A stretch of DNA of 47,074 nt from Bacteroidota bacterium (GCA_026391115.1 JAPLER010000096.1:2097-49170); one strand, 5' to 3'; shown: positions 35,666 to 45,426, numbered from the stretch's first letter. Translations and numbers: made by a program. Notes: generated by a model from the letters alone, not told the origin.

Positions 35666-38600
35666 ATGAATATTTCTGAGTTTTCACTCAAGCGTCCTGT
35701 ATTTGCAACAGTATTAAACATAGCAATTGTTTTGTTTGGTATTGTAGGCTATACTTTTTTAGCAGTGCGTGAATATCCTGCAATTGACCCCCCAACCATT
35801 ACTGTATCTACAACATACACAGGGGCAAGTGCCGATATTATTGAAAGCCAAATAACCGAGCCTATAGAAAAAGTAATCAATGGTATTCCGGGTATTAAGT
35901 CTATTAACTCGTCCAGCAGTGTGGGGCGTAGTAATATTGTTGTAGAGTTTAATGTTGGCGAAAACTTAGAAGCTGCAGCTAATGATGTAAGAGACAAAGT
36001 AGGGCAAGCAGTAAAAAATCTGCCACAAGATATTGATGCACCTCCAGTTGTAACTAAAGCAGATGCTAACAGCGACTTTATTATTTTGATGGGTGTGCAA
36101 AGTAGAACCAAAAGCTTAATGGAGCTTAGTGATTATGCTGAGAACGTTTTACAGGAACAATTACAAACTATACCAGAAGTTAGTGGTGTTAATATTCTTG
36201 GGCAAAAAAGGCCTTCTATGCGTATTTGGATTAGTCCAGATAAAATGAATGCGTATAATATTTCCTTTAGTGATATAAGAACTGCATTAGATAAAGAAAA
36301 TATAGAAATGCCGTCTGGTAAATTGTATGGCAATAAAACAGAATTAAGTATACGTGCTTTAGGTAAACTTACTACCGAAGATGATTTTAATAATCTAATA
36401 TTAGTTGAAAATGTAAATGGAATTGTTCGCCTTAAAGACATTGCAAAAGTAGAGGTGGGTCCAGAAAATGAAGAGTTTAGTTGGAAGTTAAATGGAGTAA
36501 GTGCTGTGGGTTTATCCATTACGCCACAACCAGGTGCTAACTATATAAGAATAGCAGATGAATTTTATAAAAGAATAGCAGCTCTTAAAAAAAATCAGAA
36601 TAATGATATAGAATTGATAACATTAATTGATGCTACACAAAATGTAAGAAAAAGTATTAAAGAAGTTGGAGACACTTTACTTATATCTTTTAGTTTGGTA
36701 GTATTGGTTATTTTCTTCTTTTTTAGAAATATATTAATCGCTATTCGTCCTTTAATTGATATTCCAATTTCACTTATTGCTACATTTTTTGTGATGTATA
36801 TTTTAGGATTTAGTGTAAATGTATTAACACTCTTAGGTATTGTATTAGCAACAGGTTTAGTGGTTGACGATGGTATTGTTGTTACAGAAAATATTTTTAG
36901 AAAACTAGAAAGTGGTTTAGATATTCGAAAAGCGGCACTTGAAGGCAGTAAAGAAATTTTCTTTGCTGTAATTTCTACATCAATCACATTAGCAGTAGTG
37001 TTTATTCCTGTTGTGTTTTTACAAGGTTTTGTAGGTAGTTTATTTAGAGAATTTGGTATTACTGTAGCAGTAGCAGTATTAATATCTGCATTGGTTTCGT
37101 TAACTATTACACCTGTTTTAAATGTAGTTTTAAACAGAAAAAAACAAGGTCACGGAAAATTTTATGATAAAACAGAACCATTTTTTAGAGGAATGGAAAA
37201 TGGCTATAATAAAATATTAACTGCATTTGTAAAAGTACGTTGGGTAGCTTGGGTTTTATTGGTAACTTGTCTTGTGATTATTTATTTTACTTATACTAAT
37301 TTGCAAACAGAATTAGCACCATTGGAAGATAAAAGTAGTATTCGATTTGCCATTACAGGACCAGAAGGTGCTAGTTATAGTTATATGCAAGATGTTGGTG
37401 ATAAGCTGCAATCTTTTTTAAATGACTCTGTTCCAGAAAAAGAATTTTCATTTGCTGCTGTGCCTGGTTTTGGTGGAACTGGCATAAATACTGGCTTGGC
37501 TCGTCTTAAACTGGTTGAACCTAAAGATAGAACCAAATCGCAAAGCGATTTAGCAAAGGAACTGGGTAAAAAAATTGGACGATTTAATCAAGCAAGAATA
37601 TTTCCAATTGAAGAACAAACTATTTCAATTGGCTTGGGATCTCGCGGTGCTTTACCTGTTCAATTTATTTTACAAAATCTAGATTTTGAAAAACTAAAAG
37701 CTGTTATTCCTAAATTTTTAGATGAAGCACGTAAGGACAAGACATTTAACAATGTAGATGTAAACTTGAAGTTTAATAAACCAGAATTGCAACTGACTAT
37801 TGATAGAATGAAAGCAAAAGATTTAGGCTTAACCACAAGTGATATTGCAGATGTTGTGCAAAGTGCATTTAGTGGCAGACGTTTGGCTTATTATATAAAA
37901 GATGGAAAACAATATCAAGTAATTTCTCAGGTAGAATATAAAGAGAGACAATCACCAACTGATATTTCTGGTTTGTATGTAAAGAATAATCGTGGAGAAG
38001 CCATACCACTTAACGCTGTTGTAAATTTTAAAGAAAGTTCAAATCCGCCAACGCTTTATCACTACAATAGATTCAAGTCTGCAAATATTCAAGCATCTTT
38101 AGCAGAAGGAAAAACTATTGGCGATGGTGTAAAAGCTATGCAAACCATAGCAAAGAAACTATTGGATGAAAGTTTTCAAACTTCACTTGGTGGGGCATCA
38201 AGAGATTTTGCAGAAAGCAGTAGTAATACATCATTTGCATTTGGCTTGGCATTAATACTTATTTATTTGGTTTTGGCAGCACAATTCGAAAGTTTTTTTG
38301 ATCCTATCATAATTATTATTACTGTGCCTTTGGCGTTAGCTGGTGCTTTATTAAGCTTATATATCTTTAATCAAACCATTAATATTTTTTCTCAAATAGG
38401 TATGATTATGTTGATTGGTTTGGTTACCAAAAATGGAATATTGATTGTTGAATTTGCCAATCAGAAAAGGGAGCAAGGAATGAGTAAAAAACAAGCTGTA
38501 ATTGAAGCTGCATCGCAAAGACTAAGACCAATATTAATGACAAGTTTGGCAACAGCTTTAGGTGCATTACCAATTGCCCTAAGCCTTGGCGATGCGAGTA

Positions 38601-38737
38601 CAAGTCGTATTCCATTGGGTATTGTAATAGTAGGTGGTATTATTTTCTCCTTAATACTTACCTTGTTTATAATACCTGCAATATACACTTATATTAGTGG
38701 TAAGCACAAAGCAAAAGAAATCAATATCAACGACTAA
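35666..38737 (+). CDS. RND efflux pump inner-membrane permease (AcrB/HAE1-like)
   Basis: 1023 aa. MNISEFSLKRPVFATVLN N-terminus, 12-TM architecture with two large periplasmic loops, and GLVVDDGIVVTENI / GLVTKNGILIVEF motifs. Confidence 0.95.
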   Translation: MNISEFSLKRPVFATVLNIAIVLFGIVGYTFLAVREYPAIDPPTITVSTTYTGASADIIESQITEPIEKVINGIPGIKSINSSSSVGRSNIVVEFNVGENLEAAANDVRDKVGQAVKNLPQDIDAPPVVTKADANSDFIILMGVQSRTKSLMELSDYAENVLQEQLQTIPEVSGVNILGQKRPSMRIWISPDKMNAYNISFSDIRTALDKENIEMPSGKLYGNKTELSIRALGKLTTEDDFNNLILVENVNGIVRLKDIAKVEVGPENEEFSWKLNGVSAVGLSITPQPGANYIRIADEFYKRIAALKKNQNNDIELITLIDATQNVRKSIKEVGDTLLISFSLVVLVIFFFFRNILIAIRPLIDIPISLIATFFVMYILGFSVNVLTLLGIVLATGLVVDDGIVVTENIFRKLESGLDIRKAALEGSKEIFFAVISTSITLAVVFIPVVFLQGFVGSLFREFGITVAVAVLISALVSLTITPVLNVVLNRKKQGHGKFYDKTEPFFRGMENGYNKILTAFVKVRWVAWVLLVTCLVIIYFTYTNLQTELAPLEDKSSIRFAITGPEGASYSYMQDVGDKLQSFLNDSVPEKEFSFAAVPGFGGTGINTGLARLKLVEPKDRTKSQSDLAKELGKKIGRFNQARIFPIEEQTISIGLGSRGALPVQFILQNLDFEKLKAVIPKFLDEARKDKTFNNVDVNLKFNKPELQLTIDRMKAKDLGLTTSDIADVVQSAFSGRRLAYYIKDGKQYQVISQVEYKERQSPTDISGLYVKNNRGEAIPLNAVVNFKESSNPPTLYHYNRFKSANIQASLAEGKTIGDGVKAMQTIAKKLLDESFQTSLGGASRDFAESSSNTSFAFGLALILIYLVLAAQFESFFDPIIIIITVPLALAGALLSLYIFNQTINIFSQIGMIMLIGLVTKNGILIVEFANQKREQGMSKKQAVIEAASQRLRPILMTSLATALGALPIALSLGDASTSRIPLGIVIVGGIIFSLILTLFIIPAIYTYISGKHKAKEININD

Positions 38738-38787
38738 TTGTAAATAATACAGTCATCAAATGTAGCATAAAAAAGTTCCCTTTAAAA

Positions 38788-40722
38788 ATGATTAAAAATT
38801 TTAGATATTATTTATTATCCATTTTACTATTTGTTGTGGCAGCAAGTAAAGCAGCTGTTACAATTACTTTTAGTGCTGCTTCACAACAAACATTTTTATT
38901 AAATCCTCCTTATGTTAGTGGTGTAATTAACGACCCAACAGATGCTGCTTCAATAATTGGAATTAAGTTAGATGTAAATGAAAATAGTATACCAATTATT
39001 GCTACTGATTATTCAATAACTGTTACAAGCAGCAAAACAAGTGTAGTAAATGTAAGCAACGTTTCTGTTCAAAAATTTAATGGATATTTCATTGTAAAAA
39101 TATTACCAACAGGTGTAGGCTATAGCGATATAAAATTAACGCTTGCTAAAGGTTCAAGCACAGCAAATGTTACAGTAAAATATGCAGCATCAGCAGCATC
39201 TACAACTCCTACTACAACAAAATTCCATACTGGCATTTCTGATGCTTCTGCTGCAATTGCATTGGATACAAATTATATGATTGTTGGTGATGATGAGATA
39301 AATAGTTTGTTTATTTACGATAGAAAAAACTCTGGCTTACCCATTGCAAGTTTCGACTATCAAAATTTTTTAGGATTAACCGATGGAAGTACTGGAAATT
39401 ATATAGAAATTGATTTAGAAGCAGGAGTAAAAAGCCCCAATATTAGTAACAGAATTTATTGGATGAGTAGTTTGGGTACAGCAGGAAGCAGCAATAGTGT
39501 TAAAGCCAATATTAATAGATTATTTGCAACAAATGTTACAGGCACAGGTGCAACTACAAATATTGCAACTGTTGGATATTATAATAATATTCGTAATAAA
39601 CTGATTGCTTGGGGCGATAGTAAAGGTTATGATTTTACAAGCAGTGCAGCAGCAGGACACGACTCTAAAACAATAGATGGTTTTAATGTAGAAGGTATGT
39701 GTTTTGCACCTAATAACAATGATTTATTTATTGCTTTTAGATCACCATTAACACCCATAACCAATAGAACAAAAGCCTTAATAGCTCCCATTTTAAATTT
39801 TGAAACTTGGTTTAATAATGCTAGCCCAACAGGCAGCCCAACTTTTGGCAATTCAATTGAATTAGATTTAGGTGGTAGAGGAATTAGAGATATTATTAGA
39901 TTATCGAATGGTGTATATATTATAGTTGCAGGCAATTATGATAATTTACCATTAAAAGGTGCTTTGTTTAAATGGACAGGTAATGCAGCTGATACTCCTA
40001 CACTAATAAACGATTTTAATATAAGCACTTTAAATGCCGAAGCAGCAGTTGAAATATTTGAAAATAATGTATTAGCAGAAAATAAATTAGAAATCATTAG
40101 CGATAATGGATCTTATGAATTTTATAATGATGGAACCCAAGCTAAAGATTTATCTCAAAACAATTATAAAAAATTTAGAAGCGATTTATTTACCACTACA
40201 AATAATGTTTTGCCCAATAATATTATAGAATTTAAAGGCATAGAAAAAGATAACACATATCAATTATATTGGAAGTTTTCAATGAAAAATATTCAACAAG
40301 TCGTTGTTGAAAAAGCATCGAACGATTATATTTTTAAAAATATTTATACAACAAATACAATCAACTTAACTGGAAATTTTACCGATAAAACAATTGCTAA
40401 TTGCAATACACTTTATCGTTTAAAACTAATTGATAATGATGGTAAAATTAGTTATTCAAATACTATCATTTGCAAGCCAAATTATAATACAGCATATAGC
40501 ATTACTCCAAACCCTGCAAAAGAGTTTATACAAATAAAATCTACAAATAATTACACCAAACAAATTGAAATAGTTGATACAAAGGGTAGTGTAATGCTAA
40601 AAACAAGTTTCAACGATTTTGAAAAACGAATAGACCTTAAAAACCTTATTGCTGGAGAATATTTTGTAAAAATAAAAGTTGAAAATAATGTTATAACTAA
40701 AAAAGTAATAGTATGTAAATAA
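38788..40722 (+). CDS. Secreted DUF3616-like protein with a T9SS type A C-terminal sorting domain
   Basis: 644 aa. It has a signal peptide. The central region (IDGFNVEGMCFAPNNNDLFIAFRSPL...LDLGGRGIRDI) resembles DUF3616. The C-terminal ~75 aa begin ITPNPAKEF (40501-) and are typical of Por/T9SS CTDs. Confidence 0.7.
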   Translation: MIKNFRYYLLSILLFVVAASKAAVTITFSAASQQTFLLNPPYVSGVINDPTDAASIIGIKLDVNENSIPIIATDYSITVTSSKTSVVNVSNVSVQKFNGYFIVKILPTGVGYSDIKLTLAKGSSTANVTVKYAASAASTTPTTTKFHTGISDASAAIALDTNYMIVGDDEINSLFIYDRKNSGLPIASFDYQNFLGLTDGSTGNYIEIDLEAGVKSPNISNRIYWMSSLGTAGSSNSVKANINRLFATNVTGTGATTNIATVGYYNNIRNKLIAWGDSKGYDFTSSAAAGHDSKTIDGFNVEGMCFAPNNNDLFIAFRSPLTPITNRTKALIAPILNFETWFNNASPTGSPTFGNSIELDLGGRGIRDIIRLSNGVYIIVAGNYDNLPLKGALFKWTGNAADTPTLINDFNISTLNAEAAVEIFENNVLAENKLEIISDNGSYEFYNDGTQAKDLSQNNYKKFRSDLFTTTNNVLPNNIIEFKGIEKDNTYQLYWKFSMKNIQQVVVEKASNDYIFKNIYTTNTINLTGNFTDKTIANCNTLYRLKLIDNDGKISYSNTIICKPNYNTAYSITPNPAKEFIQIKSTNNYTKQIEIVDTKGSVMLKTSFNDFEKRIDLKNLIAGEYFVKIKVENNVITKKVIVCK

Positions 40723-40764
40723 AATTATTTTTTTAAGCCTCTGTTAATCAATACAAATCAATAA

Positions 40765-42057
40765 ATGACTAAAAAATACTTCTTCATATCGCTACTTTTA
40801 ATACCCATAATTGCTAGCACACAACAACTTACTTTGGTCGATGCTATCAATATTGCATTAAAGAAAAACTATGATATTGAAATTGCAAAAGACAATGTAA
40901 ACATTAGCAAAATCAATAATCATATTGGCAATGCAGGTGGGTTGACCACTGTAAGTGCTACACTTAGCAATCAAGAGGCTGTAACCAACATCAATCAAAA
41001 AATAAATACAGGAACAGAGATTGATAAAACAGGTGCATTAACCAATACTTTGAACGCTAATATTACTGGCTCTATGCTATTGTACAATGGCTATAGAGTT
41101 GTAGCAACAAAAAAAAGATTGGAGGAATTGCAACTACAAAATCAGCAACAACTTACAGCACAAATACAAAACACCATTGCTGCTGTAATGCTTAAATATT
41201 ACGATATTGTAAAGCAACAAAGCTATGTACGTACCTTGCAACAAAGCATTGCAGTATCGCAACAGCAACTACAATTAATTGAAGTAAAAAAAGAAATTGG
41301 CTTGGCAAATAATGCCGATGTGTTTCAAATAAAAATAGATGTAAACACCAAGCAACAAGACTTTGCATCGCAAGAATTAATTATTAAACAAGCCAAAACC
41401 GACTTGCTTAATTTACTCACTTTAAAAACCGATAGTAGCATTGTAATTAAAGATACCATTGTTAGCAACGGAGAAATTAAGTTTGAAACTATTGCCAACA
41501 CTTTACAACAAAATGCAGATATTCTTTCACTAGACAATCAAATTAAGATTAATGAATTAATAGAAAAAGAAACGAAAACCCAGCGTATGCCTAGCCTGCG
41601 TGCCAATACAGGTTTAAATTTTGGAAGAACACAATCCGATGCTGGTCAACTTTTATTAAACCAATCTTATGGGCCATTTATTGGTTTAAGTTTAAGTTTT
41701 CCTATATACAACAGTGGCAATATTAAAAGGCAAGAACAAGTAGCAAACATAAATACCAGTATTGCCAAAAAACAAAAACAAAAAGCTGTTGAAACGTATC
41801 AAACACAACTATGTAAAACTTATCAAGCTTATGTTACAGCTATAGAACAAGGAAAAATTCAACAAAACACATATCAACTTTCGCAAGATTTAATGCAGTT
41901 GGTTTTGCAAAAATTTCAACTAGGACAAGCAACAATTATTGAAGTAAGAGAAGCTCAAAAAAGCTTTGAAGACAGTGGCTTTAGATTAATAAATTTAAAT
42001 TATCTTGCCAAAATTGCAGAAATAGAATTGAAAAGAATTGGGAATTTGTTAAACTAA
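40765..42057 (+). CDS. TolC-family outer-membrane efflux protein
   Basis: 430 aa. Signal peptide, LTLVDAINIALKKNYDIEIAK start, and two-repeat coiled-coil/beta architecture. Confidence 0.85.
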   Translation: MTKKYFFISLLLIPIIASTQQLTLVDAINIALKKNYDIEIAKDNVNISKINNHIGNAGGLTTVSATLSNQEAVTNINQKINTGTEIDKTGALTNTLNANITGSMLLYNGYRVVATKKRLEELQLQNQQQLTAQIQNTIAAVMLKYYDIVKQQSYVRTLQQSIAVSQQQLQLIEVKKEIGLANNADVFQIKIDVNTKQQDFASQELIIKQAKTDLLNLLTLKTDSSIVIKDTIVSNGEIKFETIANTLQQNADILSLDNQIKINELIEKETKTQRMPSLRANTGLNFGRTQSDAGQLLLNQSYGPFIGLSLSFPIYNSGNIKRQEQVANINTSIAKKQKQKAVETYQTQLCKTYQAYVTAIEQGKIQQNTYQLSQDLMQLVLQKFQLGQATIIEVREAQKSFEDSGFRLINLNYLAKIAEIELKRIGNLLN

Positions 42058-42482
42058 AGTTCCTTTTCCATAACATAATGCGGTATGGAAACTTCTTCGA
42101 ATTCGTTACCATTTATTTTATAGCCTAGCCTCTCATAAAAGCCCACAGCCGTTTTTCTAGCGTGCATTTTAATTTTTTTATTGCCCATATCTCTAGCAAT
42201 ATTTTCAGCAAAATTCATCAACACTCTACCAATTCCTTTGCCTTGCAAGCCATCTGCAACAGCCATTTGGCGAAGCCGTAAAGCATCTTCATCTGACTTT
42301 GTAAGCAAGCAACATCCTTCAAGTTTTTCATCATCAAAACAACCCATTAAAATATCATTTTTTTCCTTCTCCAAATCTTCTGTAGTAAAAGTTAAGCCAA
42401 GTGGTTTTCTCAATACTTGATACCTTAAATCAACCATTTGATGATATTCGGGTGTATCGTGGTCAATAATTTTTAATGCCAT
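42054..42482 (-). CDS. GNAT-family N-acetyltransferase
   Basis: ORF 42054-42512. The likely start is the Met at 42482 (MALKIIDHD). It has the acetyl-CoA motif RQMAVADGLQGKGIGRVLM. Confidence 0.85.
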   Translation of the reverse strand: MALKIIDHDTPEYHQMVDLRYQVLRKPLGLTFTTEDLEKEKNDILMGCFDDEKLEGCCLLTKSDEDALRLRQMAVADGLQGKGIGRVLMNFAENIARDMGNKKIKMHARKTAVGFYERLGYKINGNEFEEVSIPHYVMEKEL

Positions 42483-42844
42483 AGGGGTAGTCGTTAGAGG
42501 CACAATATACACAACATTTTAAAAACTTTAACTTTTTACTTGTATTTTTGACCAGTTGAGATAATTTTTTGGATACGAGCTGTAGCATAAGAAAAGGACT
42601 GATGTGGCGACGCTCCATTCAACTGTATATCTTTTATCATCTTTGCTTGCATAGATTTTTATTATATAAGTTGTACAATTTTCTACATATAATAAGAAAC
42701 ACATAGTTTCTTTAGACACGTGTTACAATTTCTTCCCAAAAACACGCTCAACAAAACAATTATATGGCAGCAATAACGTTGCTATAAAAAGAATTTTTAT
42801 TTTGTAAAAGTTCTTAATTCATTAATTTTTAATTATATAAAAAT

Positions 42845-44239
42845 ATGGGCTGTGGATCATGTGGAACTGGTAAACCCAATGGCTGCAAAAGCAATGGTGG
42901 TTGTAGCACAGGTGGTTGCAATAGATTAAATGTACACGATTGGTTGCGTAATTTGCCTTATGCCGACCCAGAGAGTACTTGTAAAATTGTAGAAGTAAGT
43001 TTTAAACAAGGCTCAAGAAAAGAGTTTTTTAGAAACCCCACTTTTGAATATTTTGATAAAGGAATTTTTGTAACTATAGAAGGTGTAAATGGATTTGATG
43101 TTGGTCAAGTATCTTTAAGTGGCGAGTTGGTGCGTTTACAATTAAAAAAAGCAGGCATTAAAGAAGATAATCCTGAGATTAAAAAAATTCTACGAAAAAG
43201 TAGTGAAAGAGATTTAGAACTATATCATATTAATAAAGACAGAGAACCAAGTGTTCAGGCAAAAAGTAGAGAATTTGCTCGCAATTTAAAATTGCAAATG
43301 AAACTAAGCGAAGTAGAAATACAAGCAGATGGTAAAAAAGCAACATTCTTTTACACTGCAGATGATAGAGTTGATTTTAGAGAATTGATTAGATTTTTTG
43401 CAACAGAGTTTAAGTTGAAAGTAGAGATGAAGCAAATTGGTATTAGACAAGAAGCAGCTAAGGTTGGCGGTATTGGTAGTTGTGGCAGAGAGTTATGTTG
43501 CAGTACTTGGTTGCATGATTTTAAAAGTGTAAATACAACTGCTGCTCGTTATCAAAACCTCTCAATCAATCAAACAAAATTAAGCGGACAATGTGGTCGT
43601 TTAAAATGTTGTTTAAACTATGAGTTAGATACATATTTAGATGCGTTACAACATTTTCCAGACAATGCAGATAGTATAGAAATCCAACGTGGCACTGCTT
43701 TTTTAGTAAAGAAAGATATTTTCAAAAACCTAATGTGGTATGCTGTGCAAGGCAGCACAAAACATTATCCTTTAACACTTGATAGAGTTAAAGAAATTAA
43801 AGATCTAAATAAAAAAGGAGTTAAGCCAGAAGAGTTGCAAGCTGTAGAAATTGTAAATACAAAAGCAAAAGATACCGAACCAGAGTTTGTTGAATTAGTT
43901 GGGCAAATAAGTCTTAGAAGTTTAGAAAGAAATGATAAAAGAAGAAGAGATAAACAACGTAGTCAGCAACAAAATAGAAATACACAGCCTGTAGGTGAAC
44001 CTAGAAATATAAATAATAATCAAAGGGTTCAACAAAAACCACCTGTAAAAGCAGACAACCCAGAAAAAGTGGTTACAAAACCACCTATAGCCAATAACAA
44101 TAGACCACCACAGCAAAATCAGCAACAGCAAAGACAAAGTGGTAATAACAATAGTAATAGAAGAAATTTTAATAATAGAGGTGGTGGGAATAATAGAAAC
44201 TCAAACAATCCCATACCTCCACAAGAGAAAGAAGACTAA
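42845..44239 (+). CDS. PSP1/RicT(YaaT)-like protein with a Cys/Gly-rich N-terminus and a Q/N-rich C-terminal tail
   Basis: 464 aa. PSP1 core FFYTADDRVDFRELIRFFATEFKLKVEMKQIGIRQEAAKVGGIGSCGRELCCSTWL. N-terminus MGCGSCGTGKPNGCKSNGGCSTGGCN. The tail is rich in N, Q, R and P. Confidence 0.85.
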   Translation: MGCGSCGTGKPNGCKSNGGCSTGGCNRLNVHDWLRNLPYADPESTCKIVEVSFKQGSRKEFFRNPTFEYFDKGIFVTIEGVNGFDVGQVSLSGELVRLQLKKAGIKEDNPEIKKILRKSSERDLELYHINKDREPSVQAKSREFARNLKLQMKLSEVEIQADGKKATFFYTADDRVDFRELIRFFATEFKLKVEMKQIGIRQEAAKVGGIGSCGRELCCSTWLHDFKSVNTTAARYQNLSINQTKLSGQCGRLKCCLNYELDTYLDALQHFPDNADSIEIQRGTAFLVKKDIFKNLMWYAVQGSTKHYPLTLDRVKEIKDLNKKGVKPEELQAVEIVNTKAKDTEPEFVELVGQISLRSLERNDKRRRDKQRSQQQNRNTQPVGEPRNINNNQRVQQKPPVKADNPEKVVTKPPIANNNRPPQQNQQQQRQSGNNNSNRRNFNNRGGGNNRNSNNPIPPQEKED

Positions 44240-44245
44240 ATAAAA

Positions 44246-44280
44246 AGAGGCTTCCTTTAAGTTAAAGAAAGCCTCTTTTT
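44246..44280. terminator. Intrinsic terminator (bidirectional position)
   Basis: AGAGGCTTCCTTT-loop-AAAGAAAGCCTCT (one mismatch) followed by TTTTT, between gene ends 44239 (+) and 44315 (-). Confidence 0.75.
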
Positions 44281-44314
44281 ATTTAAATTAGTATCCGTTT
44301 TTGTTATAGGAACA

Positions 44315-45325
44315 CTACACCATTTTATTAACTGTTAGCACATCTTGCGATGTTGAATCTCCCTGCTCTTGCAATTTACCAAAAGCGGCGGCAGTAGCGT
44401 AATTAATTATATCTTGTGGTTCATTATTATTGTATAATCCATAAATCAATCCTGCCATAAAACAATCTCCACTACCGCTTCTATCTACAACACCTTTACA
44501 AGTAAATTCGTTTGAATGATACGATTGTTCATTGTGATGTAAACTAGTGTAGTAAAGAATTTCATCAGTATTACTATCAAATCTAAAAGTATTGGCAACT
44601 GTTTTACACTTAGGAAACTTACTGATAATTTCTTTAGAAGTTTCAGTAGCGTGATATAGATATGCAGTCCTGCTTTTCTTATCGTGAATATGTTTATCAA
44701 TTGCAGTTCCAAGCAAGGTATTTGCACTCCAAATATTTCCCATTACCACATCACAATGCTCTACAATTTGTGGCATTATTTCAATTGGTTCTTTGCCAAA
44801 CTTCCATAAACGAGAACGATAGTTTAAATCAACTGAAACCGTAATACCCTTTGCAGAGGCTGCTTTCACAGCTTCTAAACAAACGTCAGCTACATTTTGA
44901 TTGAGTGCTGGACTAATAGCAGAAAAATTAAACCACGAAACATCACCAAAAACTTTATCCCAATCTATTATTCCAGTTTTTATTTCTGAAAAAGAAGAAT
45001 GTTCTCTATCATACACCATACTTCCTTTTAAATCAGCACCACGCTCTAAATAATAAACACCAATTCTTTTACCAGCCAATAAAATAGAAGAAGTATAAAT
45101 GCCGTGATATTCTAAATAATCTATGACGTGATTACTCATAAAATTATCTGGCAAAGCAGTACAATATTTCACAGGAATATTCCAGCCAGCAAGGGCTGTA
45201 GCCACATTTGCTTCGGCACCACCAACATATAATTGCATTGGATTTTTTTCTGATGTAGCAACATTAGATGCAGGAGAAATTCGCAGTAATAGTTCTCCAA
45301 AGCACAAGACTTTTTTCTTTCTCAT
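44315..45325 (-). CDS. PfkB-family sugar kinase (2-dehydro-3-deoxygluconokinase-like)
   Basis: 336 aa. GELLLRISP...GGAEANVA N-terminal motif and the DRSGSGDCFMAGLIYG anion-hole motif. Confidence 0.75.
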   Translation of the reverse strand: MRKKKVLCFGELLLRISPASNVATSEKNPMQLYVGGAEANVATALAGWNIPVKYCTALPDNFMSNHVIDYLEYHGIYTSSILLAGKRIGVYYLERGADLKGSMVYDREHSSFSEIKTGIIDWDKVFGDVSWFNFSAISPALNQNVADVCLEAVKAASAKGITVSVDLNYRSRLWKFGKEPIEIMPQIVEHCDVVMGNIWSANTLLGTAIDKHIHDKKSRTAYLYHATETSKEIISKFPKCKTVANTFRFDSNTDEILYYTSLHHNEQSYHSNEFTCKGVVDRSGSGDCFMAGLIYGLYNNNEPQDIINYATAAAFGKLQEQGDSTSQDVLTVNKMV

Positions 45326-45399
45326 ATCTGTAAAAGTAAAACTTATTTAATGACGAGTAGTTGGTCAAAAATTGTATTTAACTTTTTTGATAAATAAAG

Positions 45400-45426
45400 A
45401 TGGAATTGCCAACACATTAATTCCAT
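45400..45426 (-). terminator. Possible guaB terminator hairpin
   Basis: An 8-bp stem ATGGAATT/AATTCCAT with an 11-nt loop, ~85 nt downstream of the guaB stop. A T-rich stretch follows on the minus strand. Confidence 0.35.

Noticed and set aside
35749-36987. Three consecutive antisense ORFs (120, 128 and 130 aa, all in one minus frame) inside the RND pump gene, which might be an overlapping gene.
   Set aside because: In this antisense register a stop needs a sense Tyr codon after a codon ending in T or C, or a His/Gln codon after a codon ending in T. Such contexts are rare in a membrane protein. The translations are low-complexity and lack starts with promoter context, so these are shadow ORFs.
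42528-42719. A 63-aa GTG-start ORF treated as a real gene.
   Set aside because: I recognise no motif. The composition is odd (Cys/Tyr-rich), no -7 box lies upstream, and it sits in a probable divergent promoter region. It is kept only as part of the intergenic finding.
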